Assembly (NCBI RefSeq): GCF_006345805.1
Contig: NC_043011.1
Location: 15,078,464 to 15,142,463 of the forward strand
Source: Octopus sinensis
Taxonomy: Eukaryota
Length of the DNA stretch: 64,000 bases
Direction: 5' to 3'
The notes under the pieces were generated by a model, which made no database searches, was not told the origin of the DNA, and was given only the letters and a program-made list of their open reading frames with translations. The number at the start of each line of letters is the position of its first letter. Within the stretch, counting starts at the first letter, position 1. A program made the translations under genes and the position numbers. Positions 38,805 through 52,110 of the stretch are shown here, piece by piece.

Positions 38805-40415
38805 AGCCACCTATTACATATGGATGGTCTAAAACTATATTCTAAAAATGATAAATAGCTGGAAACAAACATTACTACAGACAGTACATGGATTTACCAA
38901 AGAAATAAACATGAAATTTGGTTTGGAAAAATGTGCCAAAACAACCTTGAAAAGAGGAAACCTAGTTAAAGTACCAACATCACACTAAATAAAGCAAATG
39001 AAATAAGACGATTAGACCAAAGCCAGACATACAAATACTTAGGAATCAATGAACTAGATACAATACAACCCGCACAAATGAAAGAGAAGATAAGAAAAGA
39101 ATACTATAGACGAGTTAGATTAATACTGAAAACAGAGCTCAATGCAAAAACAGAAGAAAAAAACAAGATAATAGGCATCAACAGTCTAGCCGTCCCAATT
39201 ATAAGTTACAGGTAGAATATTCTTAATTGGATTCTGAATGAACTAATCAAAATAAACAGGAAAGCAAGGAAAATAATGACAGGATTTAGGATGCACCACC
39301 AAAAGCTGACATAGAAATGTTGTATATACAATGTATCGAAAGTGGTAAAGGACTTATACAGCAAGAAAACTATTACGAAATAACCACCATAGGACTACAG
39401 AAGCAAGGAAAACTAATACAAATAGCCACAGCACACGAAGAAAACAAAAAAAAAAAACTGTTTTCAGTCTTTAAGGAAGCTGACAAATACAAAAAATGAG
39501 TCATAGGCGCAGGAGTGGCTGTGTGGTAAGTAGCTTGCTAACCAACCACATGGTTCCGGGTTCAGTCTCACTGCGTGGCATCTTGGGCAAGTGTCTTCTG
39601 ATATAGCCCCGGGCCGACCAATGCCTTGTGAGTGGATTTGGTAGACGGAAACTGAAAGAAGCCTGTCGTATATATGTATATATAAGTGTGTGTTTGTGTG
39701 TCTGTGTTTGTCCCCCTAGCATTGCTTGACAACCGATGCTGGTGTGTTTACGTCCGCGTAACTTAGCGGTTCGGCAAAAAGAGACCGATAGAATAAGTAC
39801 TAGGCTTACAAAGAATAAGTCCCGGGGTCGATTTGCTCGACTAAAAGCGGTGCTGCAGCATGGCCACAGTCAAATGACTGAAACAAGTAAAAGAGTAAAA
39901 GAGTAAAAGAGTAAAAGAGTAATAGCACCTAACAACTATAAGGAAAAAGAAGAAACAACAAAAGCTGTAAAACAACTTAAATCCAAACTAAAACTGGAAC
40001 AGCAACGGGTCATGATAAATCGATGGCAAGAAAAGCCCCCTTCATGGCAAATACTAGGTTAAACTAAACAGAAAAGAAATCGACAAAGCAAAATCCTAAC
40101 AATGGTTGAGAAGCTCAAGACTCAAAGCAGAGACTGAAAGATTTTTAATTGCAGCACAAGATCAAATCCTTCCCACCAGAAATTACCAAAAACATGTAAT
40201 GAAAAGAAATACAAGTAACTGCAGAATATGTGAAGATGGGGAAGAAGCAATAAATAATATTGTCTCTGGCTGCCCAGTCCTGGCTAAGAAGGAATATATT
40301 CACAGACACGACAGAGCTGGGACCTACATACACCATGGAATAACAACAGAAAAAATGGTATAGGCACACGCAAGAAAAGGTCACAGAGAATGAGAAAGCA
40401 ATCATACTGTGGGGT
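38805..40415 (+). mobile_element. R4/Dong-like non-LTR retrotransposon relic (RT C-terminal half to CCHC finger), interrupted by SINE B
   Basis: DGLKLYSKND...MKFGLEKCAK; YKYLGINE; LRSSRLKAETERFLIAAQDQILPTRNY...CRICEDGEEAINNIVSGCPVLAKKEYIHRHD. Confidence 0.85.
39502..39920 (+). mobile_element. SINE family B, full length, (GTAAAAGA)4 tail
   Basis: cataggcgcaggagtggctgtgtgg ... aagtaaaagagtaaaagagtaaaagagtaaaagagt. Confidence 0.93.
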
Positions 40416-40544
40416 ACACACAGATAATAATAATAGTAATAGTAATAATAATAACAATAATAATAATAACATTAATAAAAATAATAATAATAACAACAAC
40501 AACAACAACAACACTAATGATAATGATAAAAATAATAAGGGAAT

Positions 40545-40860
40545 AATAAAGGAATTTGACAAATTAAGTAGATATAAGGACCTGGAAATTGAAATACGAA
40601 AGATGTGGCATCTTAAAGCGAGAACTGTTTCTGTTATTGTGGGTTCCCTAGGTATGATAAGAAAGGGATGTTAGAAATATCTAGTTAATATCCCAGGAGA
40701 ACCATGTGTCAGAGAAATCCAGAAGATTGTGCTGAGAAGTACTGCCCATATCCGTAGTAAAACACTATGAATTTAAATGTATGTTTTGTATTACATGATG
40801 ATATTTCACTACTGCCCCTGCCACTTCCTTTCCTCAAGCTTTCAGTCATACTGTAACACC
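40545..40860 (+). mobile_element. R4/Dong-like 3' fragment (endonuclease C-terminus), flanked by (AAT)n
   Basis: KEFDKLSRYKDLEIEIRKMWHLKARTVSVIVGSLGMI...EIQKIVLRSTAHI. Confidence 0.8.
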
Positions 40861-40879
40861 TTTTATCCTTCACTCGCCC

Positions 40880-40932
<53 letters not shown>

Positions 40933-41087
40933 GAAATTTTGAATTTTGATCATTTCTTATTTTGAACTTGACAAAGACAGATGTACTGTCGAAATATCGT
41001 TCAACCAATAAAATATCTTATAATCGAATCGCGCTCTTCGTCTTGACTGTTTACCTTTGCGAAGAGTTACGTCAATCCTTTTTAAAA

Positions 41088-41144
<57 letters not shown>

Positions 41145-41145
<1 letters not shown>

Positions 41146-41330
41146 CCTTTCTACTATAGGCACAGGGCCTGAAATTTTGAGGAGGGGGTAGTCGATTACA
41201 TCAACCCCAGTACTCAACTCGTATTTGATTTGTCGACCCCGAAAGAATGAAAGGCAAAATCGAACTCGGCGGAATTTGAACTCAGCACGTAGCGACGGGC
41301 GAAATACTGCAAAACATTTCGTCCAGTGTG
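41145..41330 (-). mobile_element. SINE family A2 whose tail abuts (AAT)n
   Basis: atcctttctactataggcacagggcctgaaatttt...gaccccgaaagaatgaaaggc. Confidence 0.75.
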
Positions 41331-41692
41331 AAATACGTGTTCGTCCATCAGCTCTTTTAAGCTTATCAACTGTATCACTTTGATTGTCCTCCTTTGTTGG
41401 AGAATTATATTGAACGAACCATAACTCAATGTTCAAAACAGAATTTTAGTGAAAGAACGTATGACATAGGCGATATGAAACTCATATAGTCTTTTATTGT
41501 CATTTCTTTTTTTGGCGCTTGACTTCATGCGTTCAAATTGGTAAAACTGGCATATGTATTTGCAGCAAAATAAGGATGGTAATTTGGAATTTAAATTTAA
41601 AACAATTAAATTAATTAAAGAATATGAAATCAAGATTAAAAGTAACATTTCAATAAATGTCTGTACAATTTATTTGGTAGGCTTCTATTGAA

Positions 41693-41805
<113 letters not shown>

Positions 41806-41811
41806 GATAAA

Positions 41812-41990
41812 AAAAAACAAAAGACGAAGACAGGTGGTGTACAAAACAAACAGATGTATTAGTATAACGCTCAGGAATAGAAAAAGTTTTTACGTTTCGA
41901 GCCTACGCTCTTCTACAGAAAGGGACAAAGAAAAAACGAGAGAAACAAGGAGAGAAAAAATAATATGTGTAGTGGCTAACGATCTATCAT
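41812..41990 (-). mobile_element. Penelope-type terminal fragment between two (ATCT)n arrays (41695-41805, 41995-42105)
   Basis: Pyrimidine-rich stretch, hammerhead-like core, downstream cctgagcg motif shared with the 54560 and 60727 copies. Confidence 0.6.
41888..41921 (-). ncRNA. Degenerate minimal type I hammerhead core
   Basis: UUU-CUGUAGA-A-GAGC(guag)GCUC-GAAAC-GUA/AAA; A6 replaced by U, so probably inactive. Confidence 0.4.
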
Positions 41991-42001
41991 AGCTAACGAT
42001 C

Positions 42002-42105
<104 letters not shown>

Positions 42106-42931
42106 AGTGTGAGTGTGTGTGTGTGTTTGTCTGTGAATCTTTGCATGTGTATTTATAACTTTGAAAATGGCGTCATGGTCGTAACACAAGCAATCTATAG
42201 ATTTTTAAGAACATTTTTATACGGAAGTTAAATATACACCATGGCACGGTAGATGCTAGTGAACCATATGTCTGGACTTGACAATCATTAGTTCATTTAA
42301 ACTATACAAACACCTTGTTGGACAAACGCCCAACAAAACAAACACGAGTCGTGTGCGTGACAATTACTTTTGGAAACTTGATTCTATTGTTCTAGCAGGC
42401 TCGTCCGCTATTTCTTTCGTAAGAGTAGGAGGAAATACATAATATAGACATAGACAATTCACGTAGTTGGCGATTGAATTGTTTGTATTATTGAGTTCCA
42501 ACTTGTCCACGTATGCTCCTACGTAGGAAGTGTATATAGTGAGTGTATATGTGCGTGAGGATACATATTTCTAGCATGGTAGAATGAGGTTTGAATGTTT
42601 GTTTGAGAATGGTGTTTATTTGATGTTAGAACATAGTGCACTATTTGGTTTGTATGTGGAGAAATATCTCTGTGTATGTATATATATTTATGTATGTTTT
42701 GGTTTTTATGTTAATCATATATGTATTTGTGTGTATATTTATATGTATGTAAGTATGTAAGTGTATACGACAGTAAATACGCACGTAAGTACTTGTAGTA
42801 AGTCTGTAAGTGTAAATATTAGTATATATGTGTGACAGTTATTATGCATATATGTAAATATATATGTATGCGTATGTGTGAGTATATGTGTACATGTGTG
42901 TATGTATGTGTGTGTGAAATTATATGTATAT

Positions 42932-42982
<51 letters not shown>

Positions 42983-43109
42983 CACATACACACACACATA
43001 TATACATATGCATTTACAAACACACACGCATGGACGTGTGATATGTATGTGCGTGTATCTGTGTGTGTGTGTGCGTGTGTATGTGTGAATGCATTTGTAT
43101 ATGAACAAA

Positions 43110-43170
<61 letters not shown>

Positions 43171-43734
43171 TCATATGCATATGTGGTCACACACACACGC
43201 ATGTACATATGATATGATGATATGTAAATATATGTTTGACTATCTTCAGAAGTATTTGCATATGCCCGGATAATGGCGTCTTTGCTTGTTATGTTTTGTA
43301 ACAAGGTGTAGCTAAATCAAATCCTCATTACACAAAACATATTTTCTGTTGTGAAATTATATTTTGATAGATTACACTAACAACATGGCTCACTCATTCC
43401 TAGTTCGTTTACACAATATGCACACTCTTCAATACTCCTCTTCACACAGAGACTCGCAGACTGTTATAATAATGTATTCACATAATTGCAGCGGATTGTT
43501 AGAACTGTTTCGGTGTCAGTATGACAGCACACGGATTTCTTTCGAATTTTTTCGTTTCGGGCTCTAATCTCGCCAAGGATAAACCTGACTCTCAAGCTTT
43601 TGGTTTCACTGAAATATAGCACCAGTCAAGTACTGGAGTCGCGTAAATCAACTAAGCCCTTTTAACCATATTGGAAATTTTAATCACACACAAACACACA
43701 CATATGTATCACGGACTCCCGTCGTTAGACGACG

Positions 43735-44007
43735 TATGAGGATTCTGCAATTTTTTTGCTGAAAAACCACGTACATGATTTGTTTATAGTGATCAAATGT
43801 TTGTGTTCACATAAGCTCATTCTCTCACTTTCCATCAAATCGACATTATCTGTACAGGTGCTCAACGTGCCACATGTCAGGTGATGTAATGATCACAGCA
43901 ACATGAAATGAAGTGTTTTGCTCAGGAACACAACGTAACACCCGGACTGGGAATCGAAACTATGACCTCGCATTCGTGGCTGCAACAGCTTCACCACTAA
44001 GCCATTT
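43735..44007 (-). mobile_element. SINE family C variant (tail T3), decayed
   Basis: gcaacatgaaatgaagtgttttgctcaggaacacaacg...ctgggaatcgaaact...accactaagcc. Confidence 0.7.
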
Positions 44008-44480
44008 ATATATACATACACACACACACACGCATGCGCCCCCCCCCACACACATATAAATATATATCCGACTTTCTACGTTCTGAGTTCAAATCCTACT
44101 GAGATCAAATTTGCATTTCATTCTTCCTGGATCGGTATAAGTAAAGCACCAATAAAACTGAGTCTGATTTAACGGATTGTCCCATTATCCCGAATTTGTG
44201 TCCTCATGTCTATGTTGGAAGTTACTATGTAGACACCTCAGATACAGTAGATGGCAGATCACGTATTTAGTCTCGTGGTTTAACGTTCCGAATTGAATTC
44301 CTGTCATGGTCGACTTTACTTTCCGTCATCATTCGATGGGAAGGACATAAAGTGCCAAACAACTACCAGGTCAACATGAAAAGTATTGGCTGTGTGCCAA
44401 TGTTTTGTTAATCAATAAGGGTAGTATCTTGGCAGAAAAATTAAAGGTGTCGGAACAAATACCTTCCGCTATTTGCCTAT

Positions 44481-45045
44481 GGCAGCGAACTGGCAGAAGC
44501 GTTAGCACGCCGGACGAAATGCGCAGCCGTATTTCGTCTGTCGTTACGTTGTGAGTTCAAATTCCGCCGAGGTCGACTTTGCCTTTCATCCTTTCGGGGT
44601 CGATAAATTAAGTACCAGTTTCGCACTGGGGTCGATGTAATCGACTTAATACCTATGTCTGTCCTTGTTTGTCCCTTCTATGTTTTGCCCCTTGTGAGTA
44701 ATAAAGAAATAGGTACTACGTTCTGAGTTCAAATTCCACCGAGGTCGACTTTGCCTTTAATCCTTTCGGGGTCGATTAAATAAGTACCAGTTACGCACTG
44801 GGGTCGATATAATCGACTTAATCCGTTTGTTTGTTCTTCTTTGTCCCCTCTGTGTGTAGCCCCTTGTGGGTAGTAAAGAAATAGGTATATCGTCCGTTTT
44901 TGTGTTCTAAAATCAAATTCTGTCGAAGTTGAACTTGTCTTTCATCGTCTTGGGATCGATAAAATATGTACCAATTGATCACTGAGGTCGACGTAATCGA
45001 CCTCACCCCAGAAATTACTGGCCCTGTGCCAAAATTCGAAACCGA
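44481..45045 (+). mobile_element. Head-to-tail SINE stack: A1 (44481-44714), 5'-truncated A1 (44716-44884), older A2 (44885-45045)
   Basis: A body repeated three times; first two end aaagaaataggta. Confidence 0.85.
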
Positions 45046-45446
45046 TATTTACCTATGCCACTTTATGCTACGTGTCCAAATGCCTCCGTGATCAACTTTG
45101 TCTTTCATCATCGGGGTAGGGATGGGGTCTATAAAATAAAAACGAATTAAGTGTCAAGTCTGCTATGCTATACCTCTTAGAATTTCTAACCTTGTGTCTA
45201 TGTTATAAATCATCAAACATATAATGTGGGGTTAGATGATGGCATCTGTTGATAGTTCACCATGATGCTTTGTACGTAATAAGGTTCCTTTGCACACTAA
45301 GTTTAAATCTTACCATTGTCAGCTTAGTCTCCCCCACCTTTTGTGGGGTCGATAAAATAAAACACTTGTGCTATTCTTAGACCCTAGTTCAGCTCTGGTT
45401 TATGGCTCATGATCAAAGAAACTTCAATCATGACCATAGAATAACA

Positions 45447-45862
45447 GGATCTTTTCGATTTGAACGGCAGTTTTTTCTAGCGGTGTCATATGAAATTGTC
45501 ACCCATAATTATGACCCTAGTATCGATCTATTGCATTTCAATCTGTTTTAGGGTTAGGGTTAGGGGTGGGGGGAAGGGTATATTTTTTCTTCAGAAATGT
45601 AAATAAACCCAATCTGTTTCTTAAACGATGGACATATTCATACGGCACAGAATATTTTCCACCTCAATACACGTCAGGGATTGGTTGAAATTGCAGAAAT
45701 TGAAGAAAAATAACAACAAATATCTTACAAACCATAGAATTTTCTCAATAAAGCCAAGAGAAAAAGATGTTTTATAAACACATTCTACCAGTATACGAAG
45801 TTTAACATTTTTTAGTTACCTAGAGATTATGTTAAAAACTGCCGTTCAAACCGAAAAGATCC
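45447..45862 (+). mobile_element. MITE family M copy 1 (29-bp TIR GGATCTTTTCGGTTTGAACGGCAGTTTTT, 8-bp TSD)
   Basis: TSD GAATAACA at 45439-45446 and 45863-45870; internal (TTAGGG)3. Confidence 0.93.
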
Positions 45863-46592
45863 GAATAACATTATCTAGTGAGTTCTTTGAGGCATAAAAT
45901 GTGACTAGTGGCGGGGTGGTGGGGAGATTTAGCTGCTATTTCTAACATGCTGAGCTACTTATAGACATCGTCGTCGTCTTGGTGACTAAATGCAAACAAC
46001 TGATATACTAGTTAGTTGTTCATCATCCTCACTAGTCAGATATGGTCACTCCCTTACAAAGACAGATATACATCAATTCTATACACACTCGAGAACTATT
46101 CATTCACATTATAGATGTCCGTACATTAATCCGTTCAATAATTTAGTAAGCCGGTCGAATTATTGACTTTCACGATCAACACAAAGCCATTGTAACGCCG
46201 AAGATATACTCTTATTTATCTACTTTATCTTTGTGTTGGCTTTTTGAAAGAACAGGCGCATACATGTTTTAATTATTTTGCCTTTAATTGGAAAATAGCA
46301 TTGTTATTTAGATTTTATCAATTGTTTATTAATCGAATATTAGGGAAATAAAAAGCATTAGCGAAAAATAACGTGTCTTTCCTAGCTATTCAGAATAGAT
46401 GCGTTCGATAGAAATATGAAATTACATATCAGAGGCAAAAGTAAAACATGTCCTTGCCGTCGTATGCATCGTTGTTGTTGTAGCTATAAGTTAAACCATC
46501 CTACTTAAGATCGAAGGTGCTTAAGCTGTGACCATCTCCTCTAACTATGTTGTCTAAGGTATCATTCTGCTATTAAGAACAGGTAAAGTATA

Positions 46593-46788
46593 CTCTCTTT
46601 AGTCTCTTTCACTTGTTTCAGTCATTTGACTGTGGCCATGCTGGAGCACCGCCTTTAGTCGATCAAATCGACCCCCAGGACTTATTATTTGTAAGCCTAG
46701 TACTTATTCTAGCGGTCGCTTTTGCCGAACCGCTTGCTTATGCGGACGTAAACACATCAGCATCGGTTGTGAAGCGATGTTGGGGAGA

Positions 46789-46830
<42 letters not shown>

Positions 46831-47016
46831 TAATATATATACATATATACGATGGGCTTCTTTCAGTTTCCGTCTACCAAATCCACTCACAAGGCTTTGG
46901 TCGACCCGAGGCTATAGTAGAAGACACTTGCCCAAGGTGCCACGCAGTGGGACTGAACCCGGAACCATGTGGTTGGTAAACAAGCTACTTACAACACAGC
47001 CACTCCTACGCCTATG
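46593..47016 (-). mobile_element. SINE family B
   Basis: Full-length reverse complement. Confidence 0.92.
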
Positions 47017-47674
47017 ATATCATATTTTTTTTGGTTGGGGAGACTTAGTTGTTATTTCTGACAGGCTCCTTATTCTGATTTCCAAAAATACAATATACGT
47101 TGTTATTGCAGTTTGGCTTTAGATGCACACTTAATGAAGATAGCTGTGATCAAAAGCAATCCTGCCGTGGCTATGTAATCCAACATATCCCATTATTTAA
47201 AGACAATAAGATATTTGAGGACGTTTGACTTCTATTTCTAGCAGGATGTGTGACCACATAGAAGTTCCCTTGCTAGGATACAATTACGTATTTTGATTTG
47301 GTGAAACACTATGTTGAAGTCAACCGAGGAGCTGTATTTTGAAGAGCATTGACAATAACTGATGTTTTGTTGTGACTAAACTTCACTGTTGAAGTCATTA
47401 TTTCGAAGTTATTTTGCCTTCCGTATTAAGACAGTAAATCGTTAACATAAGGATAATCGATAGCTTATCCATCATAAAACCTTCATCGAGTAGAATATGG
47501 TGCAAATGAAACGGTTAGACAATGCCAATTACTTAACCTCTCAGAGGTTTATATTAAACTAGTTTCTACTCTGTTTAATGTTGGTATCATCGTCTTTGAT
47601 ACATACCGCACAGAATTTTGGGCCATTGTTCGGTATGTTAGATAACAACACCTAAAGTTAGTGCAATATATATA

Positions 47675-48110
47675 GGTAGGTAGGTAGGTAGGAGTGGCTG
47701 TGTGGTAAGTAGCTTGGTAAGCAACCACATGGTTCCGGGTTCAGTCCCACTGTGTGGCATCTTGGGCAAGTGTCTTCTGCTATAGCCCCGGGCCAACCAA
47801 TGTCTTGTGAGTAGATTTGGTAGACGGAAACTGAAAGAAGCCTGTCGTATATATGTATATATATATAAGTGTGTGTGTATATGTTTGTGTGTCTGTGTTT
47901 GTCCCCCAAGCATTGCTTGACAACAGATGCTGGTGTGTTTACGTCCCCGTAACTTAGCGGTTCGGCAAAAGAGACCGATAGAATAAGTATTGGGCTTATA
48001 AAGAATAAGTCCCGGGGTCGATTTGCTCGACTAAAGGCGGTGCTCCAGCATGGCCGAAACTGGTACTTTATTTATCGACCCCAAAAGGATGAAAGGCAAA
48101 GTCGACCTCA
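47675..48110 (+). mobile_element. Composite insertion: (GGTA)n, SINE B lacking its tail, inverted SINE A fragment (48058-48110)
   Basis: Flanked by TAGTGCAATATATATA at 47659-47674 and 48111-48126. Confidence 0.75.
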
Positions 48111-48799
48111 TAGTGCAATATATATATCACTAGACTGGTAGTCAGGTGATATCTATTACACTAAACCCAGAAAAGCACCTTCATAATCTATGCCCCCCTA
48201 CCTAACTACCTAGCTATTCACCTAGCTCTCTAGCTACATCTCAACTGCCTGTCTACCTGCATACCTTTCTACTTACCTACCTACTTACCTACCTACATAC
48301 CTACCTACATACCTACCTACGAACCTACCTACCTACATGCCAACTCTCCAACTTACCTATCTACCTACCTATATATCTACCCATTTGCCTAAATACCCAC
48401 CTACATGTCTGCTTACTCGCCTACCTACCTATGTGCCTGCTTGACTGTCTTTCCACTACCTACCTACCTACCTACCTACCTACCTACCTACTTACCTACC
48501 TACCCACAAGTATACATACATACATGCACACATACATACATACATACATACATACATACATACATACATACATACAAACAAACAATCAAAAACGCCCTGT
48601 TGATACTGTTGAAATTCCAAAGAAGGCGCCTCGGATCTACGTTAGAAACCGGCTATTTTTCTATTGGCAAGAAACCTTGAAATAAAACTGAATAATGACA
48701 TACATAAATACATACCTGCCAAACTATCTACCTATCTACCTCCTTACCAACCAGCCTAGTTATCTACCTATTGCACACTCCTGTATCTCGCATAAGTTC

Positions 48800-49660
48800 A
48801 CCTCTTGTAGCCCTGACCACTAGTTTTGAACGTGTCTACGTAGAAAAAAAAGCGTTACGTCAGTCGGGCTGTTTTAGCTGTTAGGGTGAGAGATGATAAA
48901 GATCCATGTAGCAACTTGGTTGATATATGGTCTGCATAGGAAATGTTAAAGTCCTTGTGCACAGGTCGAGTGTATGTGCTAACTAGTCATCACCGTTGGG
49001 TCACAGTAAAAGACAACCATTCAAAGTTGTAGAGCGGATTCGAATGTAGCAAGAAACAGTCGTTGCTTTAGGTCATGTGACAGTTGTGGTGCTTTCCGAA
49101 CTTTCCATAGCTTGTCAGATGCTGACTATGTTATCGCTTTACGAATGTTAACATCTGTGCTGATCGAGCGAATACAAAAGCCCAGGTAGCAGAAATCAAT
49201 TACTGACCCGAATGAAAGTTTAAGACAACCCACACCAGCATTTTCTCCTAGTATTATGGTCTTTGCCTTCAAGCAGCTTATTGAAAGACTATCATGAATG
49301 GCAGTTGACACCAGATTTGTGAGGGGAGTCTGAGCAGTTGTGCGTGTATGTGAGATGAGTGTGATGTCATCTGCAAAGTCGAGATCAGTGAGGCACGATG
49401 CTAGATGACGTGAACCTTGGCAGACATGGAAAGTTATGCCTAGTTCAGACACTAGAGCATGCTATAGTACATGGTCTAGGATTTTAATGAACAGGAAATG
49501 AGCTAAGGTGTCCCTTTGAAGAATTGCAAATGTGTCGGTGTCTCCGTCAGGGGTGCATACAAACATTTTGCAGTCTACATAGATAGTGTGGACAGCATTT
49601 ACAACTTCATTTGGTATGCCATCGGCGGCGGTAAATGCTACCCACTCTATCTATGAAAAC
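48800..49660 (-). mobile_element. Decayed RTE-like LINE RT fragment
   Basis: GDTDTFAILQRDTLAHFLF; LTDLDFADDITLISH; FCYLG...DVNIRKA; YTRPVHKDFNISYADH. Confidence 0.75.
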
Positions 49661-49693
49661 CTACCTACCTACCTACTCACCTACCCACCTCCG

Positions 49694-49756
<63 letters not shown>

Positions 49757-50253
49757 CACCACCATCACTACTACTACTACTAACAAACCTATATTACACC
49801 AGTACATTAAAAAAGAAACATTGATATGACAAAACAATGAGGTAGCATTCTACGAGTTTCCATTATGGTCTGATCGGTTGGGGTTTACCTAAGTTTAAAC
49901 TGCAACAGCATATATAAACGAAAGGCATCTTGATGTATACCAGGAGGCAGAAGTCACACCTGTAGTTAAGGCCTTCAGAGATAGGTTGTTAAAAAGCTAT
50001 TAATCAACGCATTGCCTGTCCCGTCCATCACCTGTGACGCAGGTCACACATTTCCTTGTCGTCGATGCATCATAAATGATGCATATTCCCAGCTTTATTT
50101 CAGCCAGCGGAGTAACATGGAACTTATGAAACAATAGTTTATATTACTTAGAACGCATGAGACAAAGGCCAAATAAAAACGAAAACAAGCATGGACTTTT
50201 AGAAATGTTTTAGACAGGCAAAAAGTGAAAGAAGTCAATCGGACACTCAAAAC

Positions 50254-50691
50254 GGATCTTTTCGGTTTGAACGGCAGTTTTTTCTAGCGGTGTCATACGA
50301 AATTGTCACCCATAATTATGACCCTAGTATCGATCTAATGCATTTCAATCTGTTTTAGGGTTAGAGTTAGTTAGGGTTAGGGTTAGGGTTGGGAGGAAGG
50401 GTTCCTTTTTTTTTCTTCAGAAATGTAAATAAACCCAATCTGTTTCTTAAACGAGAGACATTCATACGGCACAGAATGTTTTTTTTACCTCAATAGACGT
50501 ATTTGATTGGTTGAAATTGCAGAAATTGAAGAAAAAAAACAACAACAAATATCTTACAAACTATGGAATTTTCTCAATAAAGCCAAGAGAAAAAGATGTT
50601 TTATAAACACATTCTACTAGTATACGAAGTTTAAAATTTATTAGTTACCTAGAAATTATGTTAAAAACTGCCGTTCAAACCGAAAAGATCC
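50254..50691 (+). mobile_element. MITE family M copy 2
   Basis: Both TIRs; TSD CTCAAAAC at 50246-50253 and 50692-50699. Confidence 0.93.
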
Positions 50692-51139
50692 CTCAAAACT
50701 ATTTATCAACATTCGGGGATTGTTTTTGAGTTTTCAATATTTTACGAAACTTACTGTCTTCTCTGCTTTGTTATTTCTTCGTTCTGTGCACATAACAACG
50801 GTTTTAGATAAAAACAGCCAAAAAGTTTCGATTTCAACGAAAATACTTTTGTTGTACAGAAACGAAACTACTAACAACAATATGGAAGAGAATACCAAGT
50901 GTGTACTCGGTGTGAACTTTTTCACGTACTTTTTTTTTCTTTTAACATTTCATGAATTGAATTTGTAAAAACTGAAATATTTAATGAATTTATCTTTTAT
51001 CTGCTTAGAATTCTGGTGAATTTCGTCTCATATTTTTACGTAATCATATGCGCAAATCTTATAATTAAAATAAAACTCTGTATATGCGTGTATATGTGAA
51101 TTAGTGAATGAATGAGTTGTGTGAAGGAATGTGAGCGTG

Positions 51140-51177
<38 letters not shown>

Positions 51178-51276
51178 TGCACTGCTTAGGGTCGCCTTTA
51201 ACTAGTTAGTGGCTGAGTGCCCGGTATACTGTAATTTCACTTACAAAGCTGACGTTTTTCAATTGAGCACTTCCAG

Positions 51277-51358
51277 ACTACTACTACTACTACTACTGCT
51301 GCTGCTGCTACTATTACTAGTAATACTACTACTGCTGCTGCTGCTGCTGCTACTGCTG

Positions 51359-51390
<32 letters not shown>

Positions 51391-51502
51391 GCTGCTGCTG
51401 CTACTACTACTATTACTGCAACTATTACTACTACTGCTACTACTACTGCTGCTGCTGCTGCTACTACTAATACTACTACTACTGCTGCTGCTGCTACTAC
51501 TA

Positions 51503-51534
<32 letters not shown>

Positions 51535-51547
51535 ACTGCTGCTACTA

Positions 51548-51579
<32 letters not shown>

Positions 51580-51658
51580 ACTACTATTACTGCAACTATT
51601 ACTACTACTGCTACTACTGCTGCTGCTGCTGCTACTACTAATACTACTACTGCTGCTG

Positions 51659-51711
<53 letters not shown>

Positions 51712-51736
51712 ACTACTACTACTACTACTACTACTT
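51277..51736. repeat. Compound (CTA)n/(CTG)n array with higher-order blocks
   Basis: Direct reading; source of the poly-Leu and poly-Ser ORFs. Confidence 0.95.
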
Positions 51737-52110
51737 TCTTCTTTATATTTTCCTTTTGACATGTTATTCATTTAATTAAAACTCGTAGAAACCTATTGAT
51801 ACGTAATTTACTTATTTTTCTTCATTGCTGCTGAATTGCGTGGATTAGTTAAATTTTATAGCAGCAGTCACTATGTTATTAAGAAGAAACTTTTGTAGAA
51901 GCTTGTATTGCTGTAAAGAAAGTCAGCATTGACTGAAAGAAAATGAGAGGAACAGAATGAACGAGTATAAATGGAAAAGAAGTCGGCATGTATTACATAG
52001 CATTCCGCCTCGGGAGAAGATGAAATATATCTAGAATATAAACTATGATTGTCTTATAATGTGGAGAAATGAATGAAGATTTTAGCGAGTAGTTCATGAT
52101 GGATGGGTAA

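Noticed and set aside
45548-45578. Interstitial telomere from a chromosome fusion
   Set aside because: TTAGGG runs are only 2-4 units and always sit at the same position inside MITE family M.
46613-47017. Recurrent ...GTEPGTMWLV.KLLTTQPLLRL ORFs (also 19231, 39501, 47638)
   Set aside because: Antisense read-through of SINE family B.
51209-51775. Poly-Leu / poly-Ser ORFs
   Set aside because: Translation of a CTA/CTG microsatellite.
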